A stretch of DNA of 64,000 bases from Carcharhinus amblyrhynchos (taxonomy: Eukaryota). The stretch lies in contig OZ336876.1 of assembly GCA_965287045.1 (NCBI GenBank), positions 63,922,001-63,986,000 of the forward strand. Reading direction: 5' to 3'. Made by a program: the position numbers and the translations under genes. The notes beneath the pieces are model-generated. The model ran no database searches. It saw only the letters and a list, made by a program, of their open reading frames with translations, and was not told where the DNA came from. Below, piece by piece: positions 1 through 12,205 of the stretch. The stretch's first letter is position 1; the number at the start of each line of letters is the position of its first letter.

Positions 1-712
1 GAGATACTTTTCTAAGATTACCATTGAACCAAAGGAGTGGGCATTTTAAATGTAACTATGTTAGATCTGCCCTATGGAAAAGTGTTCTGTTCCTCCATGT
101 AGATATCCTCACTTTCTTGAGCCAAAAAAACTGTAAAACAGAAACGGAGGAATTTTCTGTTTAACTTCCTTCATATGTTATATTCTAAAAGACCACAGCC
201 AAATGTCTTACCATGTTGTCAAGGTTTTATTCAGAAATGCACAAAAGGAAGAGGTTTTCTTAAAGGACACACACTTACAAAATACACATTGGAACCCAGT
301 TTTGGTTCAGATTTATCAAATGTTTAAGGAGCTGATGTAATGCATTAGAAATAGTGTGTCCTCAGATATTTCGAAAATCCTCTATTTTCTAAATTGATGC
401 CTCTATACAGACTACTGAAATTATTTTATGTGACAAGGAATAATCAGTATTATTTCAAATAGGGGAGAGGATAATGAATGAGAAAGGTAGCTTAAAGACA
501 AATTCACCAATTTCTCTCTTGATGTGAGGAGGTGTTTTCAATGATATTTCTTTGCATCTACAGTGAAATTAATCTTTCTTTAGTGTCATGTTTTCTTACT
601 CTTTAATTTTCTTGTTATCACTCTAAATGACCTTCACCTCTCCCATTCTACAATTTAGACCAACTCACAGTAACAGGCAATGTAGATTAAAGTGACAACT
701 GAAGTCAACAGC

Positions 713-1540
713 TGCTATTTTTCTCTTTGGCAGCGACCTAAATTCAACTTTGTGGAGTTGGTTTCAAGGTCTATGACAGAATTGTTCTGTAAATTAAAAA
801 TTAATATCATTTGATCAATTTCTGAATCATTGTAAGGGAAGTTCTTCATGGCCCATTGAGTTTTTTACTTGAATTCTCAATATACATGGGATGCAAACTT
901 AACCTCACATTTGAATTATCTTATAAATGTCTTAATGTGTTATCAAGCCATTACATGTTATTTTCACTCAGATGTCCTTTCATATTGGAGGTCTTATGGT
1001 GCTATAGGTAGTGTCCCTACTCTCTGAGCCAGAAGCTCCGGGTTTGAATCTCAATCCAAGGCTGGGAATGTCTGGTTCTGCCTGTGGCAGGAATCATCAC
1101 GGGCAGGACAGAGGGTTTGACAGGCCAGCCATAACTCCATTGATTTTGGGTGGGATTTCTGGTCTCTTAGTGGCCATGTAAAGTGCATTTGTAATGTGAT
1201 CAAACAGGTTGATTATCATCCTGTAAATCGAAAATACCTTTAGCAGGTAGTAAGAGTGGAGGAATCTACTGATCAGCTTTTCTTGATGTGGAGTGATGCC
1301 CCTCAAGCGATAACCTCTGACAACAAAATCACAGCCTCTCTATCCCCTGTGGGCCCCACGGTCTTTCCATCCCCTGTGGGCCCCACACACTCTCCATCCC
1401 CCGTAGCCTCACTAGTGAGTCTATCTGCAGCAATCATAGATGAGAAATGGCCTGTGATAGGAGAAGCAGCACCTTGCTATTTTTCCCTTTGGCAGCGACC
1501 TAAATTCAACTTTTTGTGGAGTTGGTTTCAAGGTCTATGA
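713..1540 (+). repeat. About 65-bp direct repeat (713-776 and 1475-1540)
   Basis: tgctattttt..ctttggcagcgacctaaattcaact..tgtggagttggtttcaaggtctatga occurs twice, nearly identical. Confidence 0.9.
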
Positions 1541-2539
1541 AACCTTTATAGCCTCAGCTTCAGTTAACTGTCTGATCAGCAAGTGGCTCCAGAGGACGTA
1601 ATCTGACTCTTGGTCTATGTGTTAGACAAGGCTATGCTATATGGGATATTAATTTTAATTTCATCAGCTGTCACATGGAGCCTTCTGTAATGAAAAAGTG
1701 TTAAACAAAGGACAATGACTTGAAGTAGTTAATTTGCACCTGTGAAGTCACGTTCCATACCTTACAGATGCAAAATCAATGGAGACACTGGCAGAAAAAT
1801 TGACATTCCTGCTGGTGTGAACATTTCCTTCCTATTTCATCAAGATGGAGAATGGGTTGTTCAGAGTTAATGACTGGAAAATTTTCAAAATGAATTACCT
1901 CAGCTATAAAACAATGGTTAGAGGGAAGTTATACGAATCATTAGCTAGTCCTTTGTATTCTTTGGAATATACAGCTGACATGAAGAGAAGTCATGAGATA
2001 CAACCTTTCTCTTCTGCCACTGCCAGGCCAGGTCTCAATCTGAAAGGAGAAAAACATTAGGATGATTTTGTAGTAAGAGGAGAGGGTAAAGCAAGACAGG
2101 CATCTATAGCTTGTAAATTAGAAGAGATTGTGATCCAGATGAAGGGATGAAGGGAAGTGCATTATAAGAAGGAGAACATATACCATCACCTTTAACGGTT
2201 TCTGCCCTGCCACTGGTCATGGCTTCAGTCACTGACACTCCAATCATTGTGATTACTCTGTCCACCAATCAAGGTGAGGACATGCCAGTGTGCTACCTTG
2301 TACTTCGAGAGAAGAGGAAGTATGTTGATTGATGTGCCCAAAAAGGTTGACTATCTGGTATTATGTACAAGCTGTAAGATATGGATGTCAGGCTTGCATT
2401 GATGCAAACCATGTGAGAGTGAAGTGTACTTTGTGAATGTTAAGTTCGATTAATAGACTGATGGCAGGTGAGTGATGGAAGTGTGATGCCTTGAGCAATA
2501 TGTGAGGCTAAAGGAACAGTCGGCAGGATATTGTATTTG

Positions 2540-2810
2540 GAGTGTATTCCCCAGACCTTGAAATTGTACTTCTTGTGGCACTGAGTCAAGGTCCTTGGGA
2601 TTGTGCTCTAGATGGAGATTAACCACGATGGCTATATACTTCCATTAACCTCTGAAAGATTGACTGCAGTGTCTCCTGGCACTCTGCAGATAGGTGATAT
2701 CCATCTTCCTAAGCAGCCAAGTAGCCCAGGCTTCAAGTGCAGCATCAGAAAATCTTCGAGTCTGCTTTCTGCCATATTATGCCATCACTCAGTGTTCCTG
2801 CAGCTCAGTC
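2540..2810 (-). pseudogene. Harbinger accessory Myb/SANT-like ORF relic
   Basis: Minus strand reads RFSDAALEA ... PRTLTQCHKKYN across frameshifts. Confidence 0.5.
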
Positions 2811-2934
2811 TCTCATCCCCAGCCATTTCCAGCATTTGCTCCAGATAGAATCTACCTACTTATTAAGAGGATCAATTTTAAGTATTGCAAATTAGTTTTA
2901 TGTAGTGACAACATTTCAGGATTCATGAATACAC

Positions 2935-3043
2935 AGGAAGAACATACAGACTCCACACACACAGTGACCCAGGCTGGGAATTGAACCCAGGTCCCTGTAG
3001 CTGTGAGGTAGGAGCACCAACCACTGTGCCACCATGCCACCCA
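2935..3043 (-). mobile_element. HE1-type SINE head
   Basis: Minus strand ggtggcatggtggcacagtggttgg (A box) ... gggttcaattcccagc (B box). Confidence 0.8.
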
Positions 3044-4604
3044 GAGTTGAATCCACTCAGTTCCTAGCAGCTATGATAGGTTAAATTACCCCACTGTCTA
3101 AAAGACACATAAAAATATATTGTATTGCTGCAGACAAAACCAGGTCTCTTGCAAGGTTATTAAAAACACAGGTTTGGGGAGTTATGACATAGATGTAAAT
3201 AAAACATGTAATTATAAAATAATTAATGATGCAGAGAGGGGAAGAAGATGAGATGATAAAACTCAGCCTCCGTTTCATATCATGTTTTTGACGACAGCTA
3301 TCAGCTTGTTACATGCATAAACTGTACTGTTCAATAAGAAACTGCATGTTACCAGGGTGACAGGTTGATGTTCCAACATGCTGTACCGTGCCACTGCAGG
3401 GCATTTATTTAAGCCATTCCACATTTGGCAAAGTCCTTTTGGCTGTATAATTGGAGGAGCTGCTGAGTGATGAACTATCCCATAGCGAGCAGAGCACAAA
3501 ACCAGGGGTCATCGTGTGCCGCTTTTGGCGATTGACTGAAAATTGCCACAGGCAGAAACAACACAGACACACCAACCTGTTCCCTCAGTCGAGAAATAAT
3601 GTATGTTCTCTAGAGATTCGAAGACAAAGAAGAAATACACAAAGGATGGCTAGAAAGAGTATTGTACAAATAAAGGGAATGTAATACTGCGAGATCGCAG
3701 TTGCAATAATAAAATCCTTCCATATCTCTTCTCCTAAATTGTCTGAATTGTTAAAGTAACAAAGAAGGGTTAAAGGGAACATCTTTACTGGGTCATGATG
3801 TGACAACATTGATTGCTCAGAGGAAATGAATAAGACACATGCATACAATATAAACTTTTATTTGTAATAATATATAAAAAATGCCAAGCTAAATTAGGTG
3901 TTGGATATACTTTGGCTGCTCTACAGGATCTATCAGTTCTGTTCTCTTTATCAGTTGAAATAAAATGTTACAAATAAATAACTTGTAAGTATAACACCAT
4001 GCCTGACAGTATTGCAAAAAGTTTAATACATACGTTGTCTGCTTGGTTAATTCACTATTTAAAATGTTGCTGACTGCTGCACTTGGTTGATGAGCTAGTG
4101 GGAAGAGGGTGGGAGAGTGAGGAGTGGGCGGGGTGGGGGCTGTGGTTGGGGTTTAGAGGGAGCTGACACCTGAATAATATACTGACACATAGTTAGTTTC
4201 TATCTGTCCTATTTCATTTGGATGGATGTTGGTTTATGTACTTTGTGTAGTTTGATCATTTTATTTCTTTTACGTCATGTGTTGTCTGTGACATACACCA
4301 GCTCCTCCCCCCTTCCCCACCTCCCATTTCCACCATTAAAATAATCACAATATAAAGTTGTGGTCAAGACTATAAAGGTCTCAGTTAGTACACATTATAT
4401 TTAAACTCCCAGTGAAAAATGTTTAAAAGTATGGATACATCCGCAAAGAATTGTGGGATATTCAGTTCCTATTTTATGCATAATGTCTAACAAGATGTCA
4501 AACAACGCATGAAGTGTGAAAACAAACTGGGTCAATTTAAATAATATTTTAAAGTTTATTTGGCAAAACACTTCATTGTATTGAAATTTAATATAATTCA
4601 CTGC

Positions 4605-5880
4605 ACCTGAACATGCAATGTTTCAAATGGCCCCTCTGTGTTCCATGCACAAGTGTCCCCAAGACCCTTTGTGCTGTAGCTTACTATAGTTTTTCTCCAT
4701 TTAAATACTACTCTGTTCTTTTTTCTCCCTTCCAAAATGAACAACTTTACATTTTCCCACATTATACTCCACTTGCCAATTTTTTGCCCACTTACTTAAC
4801 CTATCAATATCCCATTGTAAACTGTTTGTAACCCTCTCACAACTTGCCTTTTCATCTAATTTTGGTTATAGTACATCCACTTCCTTCCTCCAAGTCATTA
4901 ATATATATTGTAAACAGTTGTGGTTCCAGCACCGATCCCTGTGGAATCACTGTGGTTACAGATCACCAATCTGAAAAAGAACCTTTTATCCCCACGTACT
5001 GTTTCCTGCCCTTTAGTCAATTCTCTGTCCATGCTAATATATTCCCTCCAATACCATGGGCTCTTATCTTACGACTTTACCTTTTATGAGATATCTTTCA
5101 AACATTACTAGAAATCCAAGTACAATACATTTACTGGTTCCCCTCTAACAACACTGGTTGAGGTTTCTCAGAAAAATTTTAATAACTTAGTGAGTCACGC
5201 TTTTCCTTTCATGAAGCCATGCTGACTCTGCTTGTTAGATTATGATTTTTCAAATGTGCTTCTATTACTTTTTTAATAATTGGTTCCAACATTTGTCCAA
5301 CAATAAATGTTAGGCCTATAGTTGCCCACTTTTTGCCTCCCTCCCTTTTTGAATCTGACACATTCAGTTTTCCAATCCTCTGGTGCTTCTTCAGCAAAAC
5401 TACAACCAATACATCCACTACCTCTCTAGCCACTTCTTTTAGGATCCTAGGATACAAGCCAACAGGGCCAGGGGACTTATCTGCATTTAGCCCCATTAGT
5501 TTCTCTGATACTACTTCTCTAGTGATGGTCATGATATTAATTCTTCTTTCATATTCTTTAGTATTAATGGAGTGTTCAAAGTATCTTCCACCCTAAAGGG
5601 CGATACAAAATATCTGTTTAACTCCTCTGTCATTTCCTTGTTCCCTATAACTATCTCCACAGTTTCGTTTCCTAAGGGGCCTATGTTCACTTTGACCTCT
5701 CTCTTCATTTTTATATATTTAAAGAAACTCTTATTGTTCATTTGCCTATTGTTTATTTTCTCTCTCTTTATTACCTTTTTAGTCCTCCTTTGCCTGATTT
5801 TGAATTTATACCAATCTTTGGGCTATCACTGACTTTTGCGTCCTTATATGCATTTTCTTTCAACTTAATACTCTCCTTTA
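4605..5880 (-). mobile_element. CR1 LINE fragments
   Basis: DKSPGPVGLYPRILKE and KSFFKYIK motifs on the minus strand. Confidence 0.85.
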
Positions 5881-5889
5881 CACCAATCT

Positions 5890-6140
5890 GAGTTCCCTGC
5901 CTCCTTCAAGAAGCTGACCATTATCCAGGTACCAAAGAAAAGCCAGGCAGTGTGCCTTAATGACTATCATCCAGTGTCTCTGACATCCATCATTATGAAG
6001 TGCTTCGAAAGGTTAGTCATAGTACAAATCAGTTCTTGCCTAACACACTGCTTAGATCCATTAAGTTTGCATATCGCCACAACAGATGCACAGCAGGCAC
6101 CATCTCCCTGGCTCTACACTCAACCCTGGAACACCTAGAT
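5890..6140 (+). mobile_element. Rex/Babar-type LINE RT fragment
   Basis: CLNDYHPVSLTSIIMKCFERLV...LDPL. Confidence 0.7.
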
Positions 6141-6654
6141 GCCTCACGGGCCGTACTCAGAACCTAAATGGGTTGCATGTGGCCCCTGGGCTTCAGGTTG
6201 CCCATCATTATGTTACACTATTCTATCTTTTCTTTATTTTCATTAAATTAAGGGATGTTAGTGCTAGGCAATTGAACTCTTCTGTTTCAGACCCCAGGGG
6301 ATAATCTTTTCTAAATTGAGAAGATTCTCATGCATCAGGACTATACGCAGTGGGTCCCAATCCTGATGGATTCTAAGTCCTCGCCCTTAATCCCGAAGGT
6401 ATTAACAGGCCACATTTTGGAGCCCTGTCCAATTAAAATCAATGGGCAGGCTGAAGAGCCACTTGGAGCAGCCAAGGGTGTGGGCTGCTGGTAGCCGCAT
6501 TGGGAGAGGTGGGCATTGTCAAAGGAGGTTGAAGACTATGAGGGTTCCTCTTGATTGAGGCTCCTTCAGAAGTGTTCAAAAGAGGAAATTAAGGATGGGT
6601 AATAAATAATGGTTTTGCCAGTGAAGCTCACATCTAAGAATTAATTTTTAAAAA

Positions 6655-7355
6655 TTAGTGGGGTGTCCTTGTGCACCAGTCACTGAGGTAAGCATGCAAG
6701 TGCAAGAGGCGGTTAAAGAAGGCAAATGGTATGTTGGCCTTCATTGCAAGAGGTTTTGAGTACAGGAGCAGGAATGTATTGTTGCAATTATACAGGGCCT
6801 TTGTGAGGCCACACCCAAAAAGTTTTGGTCTCCTTTTCTGAGGAAGATGTTCTTACTCTTGAGTGAGTGCAGCAAAGGTTTATCAGGCTGACTCCAGGGA
6901 TGGTAGGACTGATGTATGAGGAGAGATTGACTAGGCTAGGATTGTTTTCACTGGAGTTCAGATAAATAAGGGGGCATCTCATAGAGATTTATCAAATTCT
7001 AACAAACTAGGCAAATGCAGACAGGATGGTCCAGATGGTGGGGGTGTCCAGAATCAAGGGTCACAGTCTGAGGATTTTGGGTAAGCCATTTAGGATGGAG
7101 GTGAGGAGACATTTCTTTACCCAAAGAATCGTGGACTTGTTGAATTCATTACCACAGGAAGTAGTTGAGGTCAAAACATTGAATGTTTTCAAGAGCAGTT
7201 AGACATAACATTTGGGGCAAATGGGGTCAAAGGTTATGGGGGGAAGGCAGGATTAGGCTATTGAGTTGAATGATCAGCCATGATCTTAATAAATAGTGGA
7301 GCAGGCTTGAAGGACCAAATAGCCTCCTCCTGCTCCTATCTTCAATGTTTATATG
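6655..7355 (+). mobile_element. CR1 LINE 3' end
   Basis: CR1 C-terminal motifs and 3'UTR (gatcagccatgatc...ctcctgctcctat). Confidence 0.85.
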
Positions 7356-7384
7356 TTTCCAGGTAGAATTATATGATATGGGGA

Positions 7385-8012
7385 AGCTTCTATTAGATTG
7401 GAAAATAGTAAATGTAATTCCTTTGTTCAAAAGGGAGGGAGACAGAAAACAGCAAGTTATAGGCCATTTAGCCTAACACCCATCATATGGAATATGTTGG
7501 AAGCTGTTACTGACATTAGAGCAGGGAGCTTAGATAAATTCAAGGTCGTCAAGCAGAATCAACTTGGTTTTGTGAGAGGAACATAGTGTTTAACTTAGTT
7601 ATTGGAGCTCTTTGAAGAAGTAACATGTGTTGTGGATGAAGAGGGACTGTTGGATGCATTGGACTTAGATTTCCAGAAGGCATTTGATAACCTGCAATGT
7701 CAAAGTTTATTACGGAAAATAAAAGTTCATGGCAGGGAGTAATGTACTAACATGGATGGAAGATTAGTAGGCTAACAGGAAACAGGGATTTGACATAAAT
7801 GGGTCATTTTTGGTTGGCAAGATGTAATGAGCGGTGTGCCATGGGGAACAGTTTTGGGGCATCAACTCTTTAAGATTTGTATAAATTACTTGGATGAAGA
7901 AACCAAAAGTATGGTTGCTGAATTTGCTGATGACACACGGATGGGTAAGAAAGTGAAGTCTGAAGTGAACATAAGGAGGTTACAAAAGGATATGGTTAGG
8001 TAAAGTGATTGG
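7385..8012 (+). mobile_element. Old CR1 RT segment, continuing at 10520-11275
   Basis: SYRPFSLT, LDFQKAFD and KFADDT-like motifs. Confidence 0.8.
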
Positions 8013-9500
8013 ATAAGTTTGGAATAGCAATGGCAGATTGGAAAACAGCAAATGTGGCGCCCCTATTTAAAAAAGAAGGTAGACAAAAGGTAGGTAACTA
8101 TAGGCCAGTTAGCTTAACTTCCGTAATAGGGAAAATACTTGAACCAATCATCAAGGAAGAAATAGCGAGACATCTGGATATAATTTGTCCCATTGGTAAG
8201 ACGCAGCATAGGTTCATGAGGGGTCGGTCATGTTTGACTAATTTGGTGGAATTCTTTGAGAACATTACATTGCAGTGGACAATGGGGAACTGTGGATGTG
8301 GTGTATCTGGATTTCCTGAAGGCATTTGACAAAGTGCCACACCAAAGAATGCTGCATAAGATAAAGGTGCATGCTGTTACAGGTAATCTATTAGCATGGA
8401 TAGAGGATTGGTTAACTAACAGGAAGCAAAGAGTGGGGGAAAATGGGTGTTTTTCTGGTTGGTGATCAGTGACAGTGGTGTGCCTCAAGGATCAGTGTTG
8501 CGACTGCAATTGTTTACGATTTACATAGATGATTTGGAGTTGGGGACCAAGTGCAGTGTGTTGAAGTTCGCAGGTGACACTAAGATGAGTGGCAGAGCAA
8601 AGTGTGCAGATGATGCTGAAAGTCTGCAAAGAGATATAGATAATCTAAGTGAGTGGGTGAGGGTCTGGCAGATGAAGTACAGTTTTGGTAAATGTGATAT
8701 CATCCATTTTGGTAGGAATAACAGCAAAATGGACTCTTATTTAAATGGTACGAAATTGCAGCATGCTGCCGTGCAGAGGGACCCGGGTGTCCTTGTGCAA
8801 GAATCACAAGGAGTTGGTTTGCAGGTGCAGCAGATAATTAAGAAGGCAAATGAATTGTGTCCGCCATTGCTAGAGGGATGGAGTTTAAAAACAGCGAGGT
8901 TATGTTGCAGCTGTATAAGGTGATGGTGAGGCCACACCTGGAGTATTATGTATAGTTTTGGTCTCCTTACTTCAGAAAGGGTATACTGGCACTGGAGGGG
9001 GTGCAGAAGGGATTCACTCGGTTGATTCTGGAGTTGAAAGGGTTGACTTATAAGGAGAGAGTGAGTAGACTGGGGCTATACTCATTGGAATTCAGAAGAA
9101 TGAGGGGTTATCTTATAGAAACATATAAGATTATGACGGGAATAGACAAGATAAAATCGGGGAAGTTGTTTCCACTGGCGGGTGAAACTAGAACTAGGGG
9201 GCATGGCCTCAAAATAAGGGGGAGCAGATTTAGGACTGAGTTGAGGAGGAATTTCTTCACACAAAGGGTTGTGAATCTGTGTGGAATTCCCTGTCCAGTA
9301 AAGCAGTTGAGGCTACCTCATTGAATGTTTTTAAGGCAAGGAAAGATAAATTTTTGAACAGTAAATGAATTAAGAGTTATGGTGAGCAGGGAGTAAGTGG
9401 AGCTGAGTCCACAAAAAAATCAGTCATGATCTTACTGAATGGCAGAGCAAGCTTGAGATGCCGGATGGCCTACTCCTGCTTCTTGTTCCTATGTTCTTTT
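8013..9500 (+). mobile_element. CR1 LINE nested in an older CR1
   Basis: NYRPVSLTS, YLDFLKAFDKV, GVPQGSVL, KFAGDTK and TRGH motifs plus 3'UTR. Confidence 0.9.
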
Positions 9501-9634
9501 GTAAAGATCTGACAAGTGAAATGTCAAGCTCGATTCTCCTGGCCCACTGCACTGCTCAAGTAGCACAGCTGGCCAGAAGACACCAGCCTCATCTTGAAGC
9601 CTGTCCCCTTGGACACTGTAACAGGACTCACCAC

Positions 9635-10162
9635 TGGCGATTCTGCATTGTCGTGATTCATGAAGGCCACCCTGGAGAAAGTTTACCCAAAGATCAGAGG
9701 CTGAATGCCTGTGACTACTGAAGTGTTCCCCAACAGGAAGAGAACACTCCTGCCCGGTGATTGTTGAGCGGAATAATCGCTGAGCAGAAACTGATAGCCA
9801 AGTTCTGCACGCATGAGGACGGCCTCAACTGGGATCTTGGGTTCATGTCACACTATCTGTAACCCCCATGACTTGCCTGGGCTTGCACATCTTTTTAATC
9901 TGTGCTTAACCCTCTCTCCACTCACATTGTCTGTACCTTTAAGACTTGATTACCTGTAAAGACTGGCATTCCAACCATTACCTTGTAAATTGAGTTTGTG
10001 TCTTACATGCCCTGTTTGTGAACAAAATTCCCACTCACCTAATGAAGGAGCAGCGGTCCGAAAGCTTGTGGCTTGTGCTACCAAATAAACCTGCTGGACT
10101 TTAACCTGGTGTTGTGAGACTTCTTACTGTGTTTATCCCAGCCCAATGCTGGTGTCTCTACA
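9635..10162 (+). mobile_element. Penelope-like element 3' end (GIY-YIG C-terminus plus terminal repeat), with inverted 5' piece
   Basis: AEQKLIAKFCTHEDGLNWDLGFMSHYL* at about 9779-9862; hammerhead with a mutated core (CTAATGA, 10039); 9635-9740 matches the minus-strand GIY-YIG segment at 58315-58405. Confidence 0.75.
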
Positions 10163-10164
10163 AC

Positions 10165-10510
10165 TTGGCCCAGATGGGGCAGACGGGGAGAGAAGCCAGT
10201 GATGGGAGCGGGAGGGCCTCGGATGTATTCGGGATGCCAGTGATCAGGAGGTTGGCAATGGAGAGTGGGGGGCAATGCGCAAGCACTGATCTCCTCACTG
10301 ACAAATCAGTGCATGTGCAGTAGCCTGCTCAGCACTATGCTACTGGGTTCTCGGGCAGGATTAGGCTCCGCCTCTCCTTACTGGCATAAATACCCCTGTG
10401 GCACTTTTTGTGAGTGCTAGAGATCCATTCAACTAATTACGCCCAAAAAACGGGTGTGAAAAGCTCCTGTTTTCCCACCCGTTGGGCACTTAGCTTTTCT
10501 GGGGGAGAAA
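10165..10510. mobile_element. Non-autonomous DNA-transposon-like fragment, same family as 59897-60635
   Basis: 10280-10340 (gcactgatc...cagtgcatgtgcag) resembles 60095-60150. Confidence 0.5.
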
Positions 10511-10519
10511 TGCGAATAT

Positions 10520-11275
10520 ACGAAAATGTGAAATTTTCCATTTTGGCAGGAGGAATGAAAAAGGAAGAGATTGCATCTGAGTGCCCTAGTTCATGAATCA
10601 CAAATGGTTAGTATGCAGGTTCAGCAAGTAAGTAAGAAAGCTAATAAAATGTTATTATTTATTATGGGGGAAATTGAATACAAAAGTAGCGATGATATGC
10701 TTTAGTTCTACAGGACATTGTTGAGCCTGCATCTGGAGTTCTGTGTAAAATGCTGGTCTCCTTAGTTAAAGACTGATGTAAAAGCATTGGAAGTTGTTCA
10801 GAGAAGGTTTACCAGATGAATACTTGGAATTGGCAGTTTGTCTTGAGAAAAGGCTATGTAGGCTAGGCTTATACCCGCTGGGGATTAGAAGAGTAATAGT
10901 AACTTAATTGAAACATATAAGATCCTGAGGAGTCTTGACAGGGTGGACGTGGAAAGGATATTTCCTCTTGTGAGAATATAAAGCTAAGGATCCCTGTTTA
11001 CAAATAAGGAATCACTATTTAAGTCAAAGATTAGGAGATCTTTTCTTTCTCTCAGAGGGTCATGAGTCTTTGGAACCCTCTTCCTGAAAATCTGCTGGAA
11101 GAAGAATGTTTGAATATTTTTAAGGTAATGGTAAATGGATTCTTGGTAAACAATGGATTGAGAGGTTATTGTGGATAGATGGACCTGAAGTTGAGTTTAC
11201 AATCTGATCAGCCATGATATTATTGAGCACATAGCAAGTTTGAGGGGCCAAGTAGCCGATTTGGATGTTATATGT
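10520..11275 (+). mobile_element. Old CR1 3' part
   Basis: Decayed CR1 C-terminal region and 3'UTR. Confidence 0.75.
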
Positions 11276-11604
11276 GTGGGCATAGCTGATAGGCCATCAT
11301 TCACAGAATAGTCTTTGGCTGCAGCTTTTAAATTCTGGCACTGGCAGATGCTGGGGAGAATGGTGCTAGGGGATGCAAAATTTAAAGAGGTCTGCTAGCC
11401 CTCATTTGCTGTCAGGAAGATTCCAGCAGCATGATTGAATTCCACCAAATGGGCAGTTAATTGTCACAAATTATCTACCCATTGCTGCCAGCTGACTAGC
11501 TAATACCAGTCTGACCTTTCCTTCACAACAGTGTTCAAAGGTAGAACTGTCAGCTAGACAACCTTATCTGCAACTTTCAAAAATTTGTCAGTCTCCCTCC
11601 TTTG

Positions 11605-12205
11605 TTTTTATTAATTGATGAGATGTGGGTGTCACTGGCTAGGCCAGCATTTATTGCCCATCCCTAATTACCCTTGAAAAGGTAATGGTGAGCTGCCTTC
11701 TTGAACTGCTGCAGTCCATATGGTCTACNNNNNNNNNNNNNNNNNNNNNNNNNNNNNNNNNNNNNNNNNNNNNNNNNNNNNNNNNNNNNNNNNNNNNNNN
11801 NNNNNNNNNNNNNNNNNNNNNNNNNNNNNNNNNNNNNNNNNNNNNNNNNNNNNNNNNNNNNNNNNNNNNNNNNNNNNNNNNNNNNNNNNNNNNNNNNNNN
11901 NNNNNNNNNNNNNNNNNNNNNNNNNNNNNNNNNNNNNNNNNNNNNNNNNNNNNNNNNNNNNNNNNNNNNNNNNNNNNNNNNNNNNNNNNNNNNNNNNNNN
12001 NNNNNNNNNNNNNNNNNNNNNNNNNNNNNNNNNNNNNNNNNNNNNNNNNNNNNNNNNNNNNNNNNNNNNNNNNNNNNNNNNNNNNNNNNNNNNNNNNNNN
12101 NNNNNNNNNNNGTTAGTTCCAGGATTTTAACCCAACGACAGTGAAGGAACAATGATATATTTCCAAGCCAGGACAGTGTGTGGCCCTTCAAGGAACTTGG
12201 GAGGA
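11605..12205 (-). mobile_element. LINE 3' end (family of 30470-32340), spanning the assembly gap
   Basis: Reverse complement matches 32160-32330. Confidence 0.7.
11729..12111. other. Assembly gap (383 N)
   Basis: Run of n. Confidence 1.
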
